From: Ascoidea asiatica JCM 7603
Lineage: Eukaryota; Fungi; Ascomycota
Direction of reading: 5' to 3'
Length of the DNA stretch: 15,051 nt
NCBI GenBank assembly: GCA_001600695.1
Contig: BCKQ01000020.1
Coordinates: 212,770 to 227,820 of the forward strand
Shown: positions 1 to 8,200 of the stretch, in pieces
Numbering within the stretch: the first letter of the stretch is position 1
Layout: every line of letters begins with the position of its first letter
The notes under the pieces: model-generated
Told to the model about the DNA's origin: nothing
The model's database searches: none
The model's input: the letters and a program-made list of their open reading frames with translations, nothing else
Made by a program: the position numbers and the translations under genes

Positions 1-180
1 TTTGGTGGTGTTGCAATTGATAAAAGTGAAGGTATTGATATTGCAAATTCAATGAATAAAAATGATAAAGCAGTAATTTTACAAAATCATGGAATTTTAA
101 CAGTTGGTAAAACAGTTGATGAAGCTGCATATTTATTTGGTTTAATGGAAAGATCTTGTGAAATACAATTGAAAGTTGAA
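1..180 (+). repeat. Left arm of a long inverted repeat (pairs with 14840-15019); runs off the window edge
   Basis: Position n matches the complement of position 15020-n. Bases 1-137 are identical; mismatches occur only at 138, 140, 141 and 171 up to base 180. Confidence 0.95.
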
Positions 181-336
181 GCTGCTTCAAATTTAAATAG
201 TTTACCAAAAATTTTAATTAATGATAATGATGCTTATTATACCAGTTTAATAATGAATGATTCTGATACTGTTTATGGAATGTTTCAAAATGAATATGAT
301 TATCAATTATCTTTGAATAATGATTTTCTAAATTGA
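1..336 (+). CDS. Class II aldolase/adducin head-domain protein (Mug14-like), 3' part only; 5' end lies outside the window
   Basis: Frame 1 is open from base 1 (FGGVAIDKSEGIDIANSMNKNDKAVILQNHGILTVGKTVDEAAYLFGLMERSCEIQL...) to TGA at 334-336. ILQNHG(I/L)LTVG.TV.EA is the class II aldolase/adducin metal-binding motif. The ATG at 52 is internal. Confidence 0.9.
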   Translation, partial: FGGVAIDKSEGIDIANSMNKNDKAVILQNHGILTVGKTVDEAAYLFGLMERSCEIQLKVEAASNLNSLPKILINDNDAYYTSLIMNDSDTVYGMFQNEYDYQLSLNNDFLN

Positions 337-770
337 TAAAATTAGTTATTTATTTATTTATTTATTCAGTTAGTTATATATATATATATTCCTAAAAGTA
401 AAAGACTTTAAATTTAGCCAAAGAATGATTAAGTCAACATTAAAAGAAATTACCATAGTTTTTAGTAAGTGCTAAAGTTTATGGTTTTCCATGAAATTGC
501 ATCCATTATGCACCTTCTTGCAGGAATAAGTTAATGTTAATTAAGCTTAAATTTGATAAGCAATTTAAAATAATTTTTATTTATATTAATTGATTGTTAT
601 TGTTTAATTATTGAATATAGATTATAGTTTTTATAGTAAGAATCAAAACAAATAAGAAAAAAAAGGTAATTAAAATATTTTAAATTTTTACTAGAATTTA
701 ATTATATGGGCTCAAACTCAAAATAAATTTATAAATTTGAATCATTTTGATTCGATTGCAGATTTATATT

Positions 771-1586
771 TCAATCACCTTGAGAAAGGAAAGATTCATT
801 AAAAATTTTATCAATGGTATTTAGTGATTTAGTTTCAAAAAAAAATTCCGAAAACGAATCATCATAATCTGAATAATTTTCTTGAGTATTATTATAATCA
901 TTAATATTATTGTTATCATTAATATTATTATTATCATTATCATTAGTAGTAAGACAATCATTTTTATTATTAATACTCTCTTCACAAGTAATAGGAATAG
1001 GATTTTTTAAAGTTGATAGATTTAAGCTTTCAGAATTGAGATCATTTAATGATGTTATGCTTTGATAAGTTGCTAAAATACTTTCATTAATATTTTTTTT
1101 TTTTGATTTGAAATTATGTTTAATAATAATATTTTTAAGTATTAAATTATTATTTGATTTTAAATTACAAGGTGCAAATTTTTTAATTTCTGAGGTTTGA
1201 AGATTTTGAATTTTTTTATTTAAAATTAAAAGAAAAAGTATACTATAAGTACCTTTTAAAGTTATTGCTAAATTTTTATAGTCAAAAAAAATTAAATTCT
1301 CAATTTCATTATATTTACCAATTATAATAAGATCACCAGTTAAATTATTTGAAGAATCACCAGATAAAGAATCAAATAAAGAAGCTTGCATTATATACTC
1401 AAATTTAGAATTATTAAAATCTAATAAAGAATTAATTTTAGAAACTTTTAAACAAATTACTGTTTCTGGTTTTAATCTTCTTCTATTTGAACTACCATAT
1501 GGTCTACCAGAAGTTGCAAAAGATTTAAAACTTAGATCATAACTAGTACCAAGTTCATCAGATGCCAGACATCTTTTAAAACACAT
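771..1586 (-). CDS. Hypothetical 271-aa protein with a globular-looking N-terminal half and an Asn/Asp-rich acidic tail; weak hAT dimerisation-like motif at the N-terminus
   Basis: 816-nt ORF in very stop-rich DNA, AAAATG start context, and A/T-ending codon usage like neighbouring genes. No confident family recognition. Confidence 0.65.
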   Translation of the reverse strand: MCFKRCLASDELGTSYDLSFKSFATSGRPYGSSNRRRLKPETVICLKVSKINSLLDFNNSKFEYIMQASLFDSLSGDSSNNLTGDLIIIGKYNEIENLIFFDYKNLAITLKGTYSILFLLILNKKIQNLQTSEIKKFAPCNLKSNNNLILKNIIIKHNFKSKKKNINESILATYQSITSLNDLNSESLNLSTLKNPIPITCEESINNKNDCLTTNDNDNNNINDNNNINDYNNTQENYSDYDDSFSEFFFETKSLNTIDKIFNESFLSQGD

Positions 1587-1899
1587 TTTAAATGAATATT
1601 TGTATTATTATACAGTATAACTTTAAATTAAAATTGTTTTTTAAAGATAAAAGTATAATTACATTTTTAAAAAAAAACATTCAAATTGATTAAATTTAAA
1701 TGATTTAAGAATTTATATTTTTTCATAAATCTGGTTAAAATTCAATATATAATACTCCAAATTCCTGGAGAAAGATTTAAAAAAAAATTAAATGTTAAGT
1801 AAAAACTATTCAACTGTATTTATGGATGAAATCTTATAGCCTCCGTTTACGGGGCTTACAAACAGCTTTAAGTTCAAAATAAATTATTTTTAATTCTTT

Positions 1900-2450
1900 C
1901 ACAAAAGAGTCAAAAAAAAAAATATAAATAAAAATAACAATGAAAAGAAAAAAGAAAAAAGAAAAAAGAAAAAAGAAAATAGAAAACAGGAAAAAAAGGA
2001 GAAAGAAGTAGAAGTAGAAGAAGAGGTAATAGTAGAACATAAATATTAATATTACATAAAAACTCAATCTATTTTTGAAGGAACTGCATAACTTTATATA
2101 AATTTAGATTTGGAATTTTTTTTTGATTGTGTTCTGAATCTAAATTCTACTTTAGATTAGAACAAGACTGTTGATTGGTTACCTTTATTACGGGTTTATC
2201 ATAACCACTTTTGAAATCAAAACTGGAGAAAAATTCAAATACTTCTAAAGCAGAGTCACAGAGCAATTTATTTAGTAACAGAAGCAGCAGAAGCAGCAGA
2301 AGCAGAAGTTGGGGGAGTTGCTGAAGCTGGGGGAGAAAGCGCACAGAGACCACTTCTGCGGCTCTCCTCCGGGGTATATAAAGGGTCTTCTTTCCTCTTC
2401 TCTTTCTCTTCTCTTCTCTTTCTTTTCTCTTTCTTTTTATTTCTTTTATT
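1900..2450. promoter_or_regulatory. Divergent promoter region between the 271-aa ORF and the ECM11-like gene
   Basis: TATATAAA on the minus strand (2093-2100) and on the plus strand (2375-2382), each followed in its own direction by a long C/T tract (about 2035-1920 minus; about 2386-2450 plus). A GC-richer core lies between them, with TGGGGGAG twice and SYGGGG (Mig1/CreA-type) hexamers at 2327 and 2369. Confidence 0.5.
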
Positions 2451-2651
2451 CATCAGGATAAAAGAAATAAGAAGAAGAAGACTATAAATTAACATAAATC
2501 AGTAAAACTTGATATAAAAAATGTATTATACACTTTTAATTTAATTATAAATTATCAATTAGCGCCCATAATTGAATGAATAAATACTTACAATTTATTT
2601 ATTATTTTATTATTTTATTATTTTATTATTTTATGATTTTATTAAAGAAAA

Positions 2652-3441
2652 ATGAGTGAATTAAATTCAAAATTTTTAAGATCTAAAACATTTGAAAAAG
2701 AAAAAGAGAGAAAAAAAGAAAAAAAGAATATTGAAATTAAATTAGAATATTCAAATAATGAAATTAAATTAAATAAATTAAATAATATTAAAGGAGTTGA
2801 AGAAAATAAAGAAGTTAAAGAAAATAAAGAAATTGAGAAAAAAAGTAATAAATTAATATTATTAAATGAAAAATCAAAAGAAAATTTGAAAAAAAATGAA
2901 AAAATTAATTCTGAATTTAATAAATTTAATCAATTTTTTATTCAAATGCCAAAATCAGTATCAGCGGTTAATTCAATTTCAAAAAATATTTTAAATACAA
3001 AATCTTTAGATATTATTAATAAAAATAAAAATAAAAATAAAAATAAAAAAAGATTAATAAGTTTAAATGATTCAATTAATTTAAATAATATTGAAAATAT
3101 CAATTATAATAATAATAATAACAATGATAATGGTAATAAAAGAATTAAATTATCAAATGAATTAAGCGCTATCAATGATAATAACAATGACAATGATAAT
3201 GACAATTATAATGATGATAAAATTGAAAGATTGGATAATAATTCAAGTATTGATTCAACTTTATCTTCTAATTTATCAAATTCAAATTTCAATAAAGATT
3301 TTAATAAAGATAATAATAAAGATAATAATAAGGATATTAAAAATAATAAACATAAAAAAATTATAGAAAATTCAAAATTATTTGAAACTTTACCTAATAA
3401 TTTAGCAGATTCATTACCAAATGAAAATATTTTAGATTATT

Positions 3442-3474
<33 letters not shown>

Positions 3475-3749
3475 GTAATGATAAAGAAATAATTGATAAA
3501 GAAATTATAAAAATTACTTCAATGAATTTCACTAATTGGTCAAATTATGGTATAAATTTAATTGAAAAACAATTTAAATTAATTCAAGAAACAATTTTAA
3601 ATCGTAAAAAATTAAATTTAAGATTTAATTTTATTAATTCAATTATTGATAATCATATTAATTTACTTAATTCTTATGAAAATATAATTAAAAAAAAATC
3701 AGAAAAAGTAAGTTTATTAGCTGATGAAATTGTAAATGAAATTAAATAA
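2652..3749 (+). CDS. ECM11: Ecm11-like protein (synaptonemal complex central element), 365 aa, with a low-complexity K/N-rich N-terminus
   Basis: The C-terminal ~120 aa (LPNNLADSLP...SMNFTNWSNYGINLIEKQFKLIQETILNRKKLNLRFNFINSIIDNH...KKSEKVSLLADEIV) matches my recollection of the ECM11 C-terminal domain: W..G..L, then R.KL..F..I...I, then a coiled coil. The rest of the protein looks disordered. Confidence 0.6.
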
Positions 3750-3914
3750 AAAAAAAAATCTCATTTATCTCTAGCTTTTTTTAATAACTTCTAATACAAC
3801 ATTTAATTTTATTCTTCTTTTCCCTTGTAGATTATCGATAAAATTAAATTTTCAAATTTATATTTTTACATGTATTTTTTGACATTTGTTGATTTGTTAA
3901 TTTTTTACAATAAC

Positions 3915-4230
3915 AGACAACCGGACACGGAATAATACACGGAATCTACAATTAAGTAAAAAAGCAGATCCTGAGTATGGAACGGACATGGATGCATACT
4001 GAGGCACAATCATGCTATCAAGCATAAACATACATTGGATCCATAAACATGGCTTTACACGTGACCAGTGAAAATTAAAAAAAAATGAATTCCTAAAAAC
4101 AAAACCGCCGTTTTCCGTGTGAATCCGTGTTCAGCTGCTGGCCAATGAACGGGCGCCATTTGCCTGCGCTCCACTGAAGAAGCGTTTCTTTCTTTTACTG
4201 GCAGAGATCACCAAAATTCACTCTCCAATA
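3915..4230 (+). promoter_or_regulatory. GC-enriched upstream regulatory island of ATP4
   Basis: CCAAT boxes at 4034-4038 (minus), 4142-4146 and 4225-4229 (Hap2/3/4/5-type, as expected for a respiratory gene). CACGTGAC at 4058-4065 (Cbf1-type). Four ACACGGA motifs. Confidence 0.55.
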
Positions 4231-4262
4231 ATTATCAAAGGAATATGTGAAGAATGTGAAGA

Positions 4263-4310
4263 ATATAAAGATATAAAGATATAAAGATATAAAGATATAA
4301 AGATATAAAG
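4263..4310 (+). repeat. Tandem repeat (ATATAAAG)6 in the ATP4 core promoter
   Basis: Six perfect 8-nt units, each containing TATAAA. Confidence 0.95.
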
Positions 4311-4427
4311 AAGACTTTCAGTAAAGTAATACTGTGTAGTAAAGATAGTTATAGAAGAGATCAGAAAAGAGAAGTAAAACTCTATCTTCATTATTTAATA
4401 TCTATTTCAATTTCAATATTATTCAAA

Positions 4428-5138
4428 ATGAGTTTACGTTTATTATCAATGAGATCAGTTAATTCAATTAACTCAATCTCAAAAATTGGTTTAAAATCTT
4501 CAATTAATTTAATTCAATCAAGAAATTATTCTAATGAAAATCCAAAGGAAAAAGCTTCTTCAATTATTCAAGCTTTACCAGGTAATAATTTCATTTCAAA
4601 AACTGGAATTTTAGCAACAACAATTGCAGGTTCAATTTATGCAATTTCTTCTGAATTATATATTGTTAATGAAGAAACAATTTTACTTGGTACTTTTACT
4701 GCTTTTACTTTATTAATTGCAAAATTAGTTGCTCCAATGTATACTGATTTTGCAAATTCAAGAATTTCTGAAATTTCAAAAATTTTAAATAATTCAAAAT
4801 TAAATCATATTAATTCTGTAAATTCAAGAATTGATCAAGTTTCAAATTTAAAAAATATTAATTCATTAACAAAAGATTTATTTAAAATTTCAAAAGAAAC
4901 TGTTAATTTAGAATCAAATGTTTTTGAACTTAAACAAAAAATTAATTTAATTAATGAAGCAAAATCTGTTTTAGATTCTTGGGTAAGATATGAATCTTCT
5001 GTAAGACAATTACAACAAAAACAATTATCAAAATCTGTTATTAATAATGTTCAATCTCAATTATCAAATCCAAAATTTCAAGATAAAATCTTAGATCAAT
5101 CTGTTAAGGAAATTGAAACTCTTTTCTCAAAAGCTTAA
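4428..5138 (+). CDS. ATP4: Mitochondrial F1F0 ATP synthase subunit b (subunit 4)
   Basis: Arg/Ser-rich presequence followed by hallmark segments KASSIIQALPGN..SKTGIL, AISSELYIVNEET and EAKSVLDSWVRYE; length 236 aa is typical. Confidence 0.97.
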   Translation: MSLRLLSMRSVNSINSISKIGLKSSINLIQSRNYSNENPKEKASSIIQALPGNNFISKTGILATTIAGSIYAISSELYIVNEETILLGTFTAFTLLIAKLVAPMYTDFANSRISEISKILNNSKLNHINSVNSRIDQVSNLKNINSLTKDLFKISKETVNLESNVFELKQKINLINEAKSVLDSWVRYESSVRQLQQKQLSKSVINNVQSQLSNPKFQDKILDQSVKEIETLFSKA

Positions 5139-5158
5139 ATAAATAAAATACTTTTTTC

Positions 5159-5193
5159 AATTTAATTTAATTTAATTTAATTTAATTTAATTT
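5159..5193. repeat. (AATTT)7 microsatellite in the short ATP4/SLH1 convergent terminator region
   Basis: Read directly from the sequence; followed by TATATA-type 3'-end efficiency elements. Confidence 0.85.
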
Positions 5194-5261
5194 ATATATA
5201 GTATATAAATACATTATACAGTATCTTTTTCATATATATATATATAAATTAATTATTCAAT

Positions 5262-8200
5262 TTACTTTTGAAATAAATATCTAGTTCTATATTCAATATC
5301 CATTCCATCACATATACAAATTATATCTAATTCATTTCCATAAATTTCTTCTGGAATTTTAAAATTTCCAATAATCTTATTTTTTTCTTCATTTTTAAAA
5401 TATTTTGGTGAACATCTTTTAATAAAATAAAGTTCATTAATTTCAATATCACAAATTATAAAAAACCAAGATTCTCTTTGAAATTTTGGAAATTTTGAAC
5501 AATATAATTCAAATTTATTTAAATTTAATTTATTTTTATGTATAATTTCAATTTCAATTGAATTTTTATTATTTTGTTTAATTTTTATAATATCTTCATT
5601 ATTAATTTCATTATTAATTTCATTATTAATTTTATTAAATGATTTTCCAATTGGTAATCTTTTAAAAATTTTATTAAATTCTTTTCTTTTTATTTCATCT
5701 TCAATAAAAATTTCATTTAAATTTAAAAAATTATCAACTTCTTTTAAATTTAAATTACAAAATTCTTTAAAATTAATTTGAATTTTCATTTCATTTTTTT
5801 TCTTTAATTTTAAACCTGGTAAACTTGTTATACTATCATCATCATACCAATATCCTTGTTTAATACATTGCATTAAACAAATAAATTTTAAAACTGAATT
5901 TAAATATCCTAATTCTGATGATATATCAATATATGCTTGTAAAATTCTTAATGATTGATCTAAAACTGTAACTGTATCTTGAGAATAATCTGCAATTGGT
6001 AATTCCATTCTTGTGAAATATGCTTGTAATAATAAAAATGTTTTTAAATGTGGATCCCAAATTGGTACATCTTTAATATTATCTGATTTATATCTTAAAA
6101 TTTCTGACATTTCCATATTAATTAATTCTTCTCCATGTCTTGTTGGTAATTCATCATATTCACTTGCTTCACTTAATAATATTAAACATTCTTTAAATGA
6201 TAAATTATTATTAATTTTATTCATTACATTTCTTATAGTTTTATGTGACATATAATAATATGATGAAATATCTAAAAATGGTGTACTTTTAATAATTTGT
6301 TTATTTTTATCTCCTTTAATAAGTATACATTTACTTTCTTTTAAATTTTCAATTGTTTTATCAATTAATTCACCTAAATATGAACTAATTCCTGCAACTG
6401 AAGTTTCTTCAATTCCATAATATGTTGGATTATGATGTGCTCTTCTATATAAAAATGTCCATGATAAAAATTCCATTGCATCTTCTCTTGTTTTTATTGT
6501 ACCTGAAGAAATTTCTGCTCCAATATGATTATCTAAAACTTTATGTAATGAAGATTCAACTGGAAATCCAATATTTATAAAATGTTTATAAAATGTTTTT
6601 TTACTTTCTTTTGTATATATTATTGCAATACCTTTTGTATCATAAGCTGGACGTCCAGCTCTACCCATCATTTGTAAAATATCTGTTAAATCCATATCTC
6701 TATAAGCTTCAATTTTTGCATCAAAAAATTGTGTACCTTTAATAATAACTAAATGTGCTGGTAAATTAACACCCCAAGCTAAAGTTGAAGTTGCAATTAA
6801 AATTTGAATTTTATTATTTTGAAATAATTCATGACTTATTTTTCTATCACTTTCAACTAATCCTGCATGATGTAATCCAATACCAAATTGTAAAGAAATT
6901 TTTAATGTTTCATCTTTAACTCTTTCAATAATTGTTTCAATTTCTTCTTCTGAAGTTTTTAAAAATCTTCTTGGATTTGTTTCCATTCCACATAAATGAA
7001 TTAAATCTAAAGCTGTTAATCTTGTTTGACGACGTGATGCAACAAATATAAGTACTGGTTTTTCTGGTGAATGTTGTTTAATAGCCATATAAGCAGGTTT
7101 ATTCATTTTTTTCATTAATGGACAAAATGCTAAATTATCTGGAAATCCATCAATATACATTTGAAGTGGTACAGGTCTAACAGACTGTGGAAAATTAAAT
7201 AAACCATTTTGAATTCCTAACCAACTTGCCATATCCATTGCATTCGCAACAGCTGTTGACATACCCAATAATCTCACTGGTTTTTTAGTTTGAGAACTTA
7301 TATAATTCATTCTACTAACAATCATTTCTAAAATTGGTCCTCTATCACTTGCTAATAAATGAATTTCATCCATAATAACTAAAGAAATATTTTGAACAAA
7401 AGATCTTGTTTGCCAATTACGTGATATACCATCAAATTTTTCTGGAGTTGTAACAATAATTTTAGCTTCTTTAACTTCTCCAATATCTGGAGTAGAATCA
7501 CCTGTTAATTCAACTAGTTTAAACCCAGTTTTTGGAGTAATTCTTTTTCTCCAGTCATCAACTCTTTCTCTAACTAAAGCTTTCATTGGAGCAATATAAA
7601 CGATTTTGGAATCTGGATATTCATTAAAAGCATGCCAAATTGCTAATTCTGCAGCAACTGTTTTACCTGAACCTGTTGGTGATCCAATAAAAACACTTGA
7701 ATTTGAATGATAAAGTGTATGAAATACCATTGTTTGCATTGGATTAAAAAAAAGAAATTTTGAATTATAAATTGATTCATATTTTGAATTTTGTAAAGCC
7801 ATTACAGGTAATGGCTGTAATTTCAATAATTTTGTTATTAATGTTTCATTATGTGGTTTAATTAAATGTTTAAAAGAAATTGTATGTAAAGATTCAGATC
7901 CAATCCATGAATCTGAAATGGCTCTAACAACAATTTGTGTGGGTATTGGATCTTTTAATGGTATCATAAAATCTAATTCTTGAACATTTTTGAAATTTCT
8001 TTTATTAATTAAAACTTTTTGATAATATAAAACATTTGAAATATTATCACTTTCTTCACAAGTTAAATGAAAACATTCTAATTTTGAATGAATTTTATCA
8101 TCCCAGATAAAATCTGCTTCAATAATTAAATGAACTCTCATTACAGTATCAGTTATTGGAAAAATTTCTCCATCAATTAATAATATTGGAAATCTATTAA

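Noticed and set aside
445-515. U1 snRNA (ACCAT...TGGTTTTCC...ATCCATT..GCAC recalls metazoan U1 stem-loops I and II)
   Set aside because: There is no 5' ACTTACC splice-site pairing sequence, no GATCA U1-70K loop and no clear Sm site, so I treat the resemblance as coincidental.
1834-2495. Minus-strand ORFs 1834-2067, 2147-2353 and 2268-2495
   Set aside because: They are translations of purine/pyrimidine tracts and GCAGAA repeats in the promoter region (poly-F, poly-L, poly-K), mostly from non-ATG starts, with no domain signal.
3950-4065. Point centromere (CDEI-like GTCACGTG on the minus strand)
   Set aside because: It is not followed by a highly AT-rich CDEII and a CDEIII. It lies in the GC-richer ATP4 promoter, so an ordinary Cbf1-type site is more likely.
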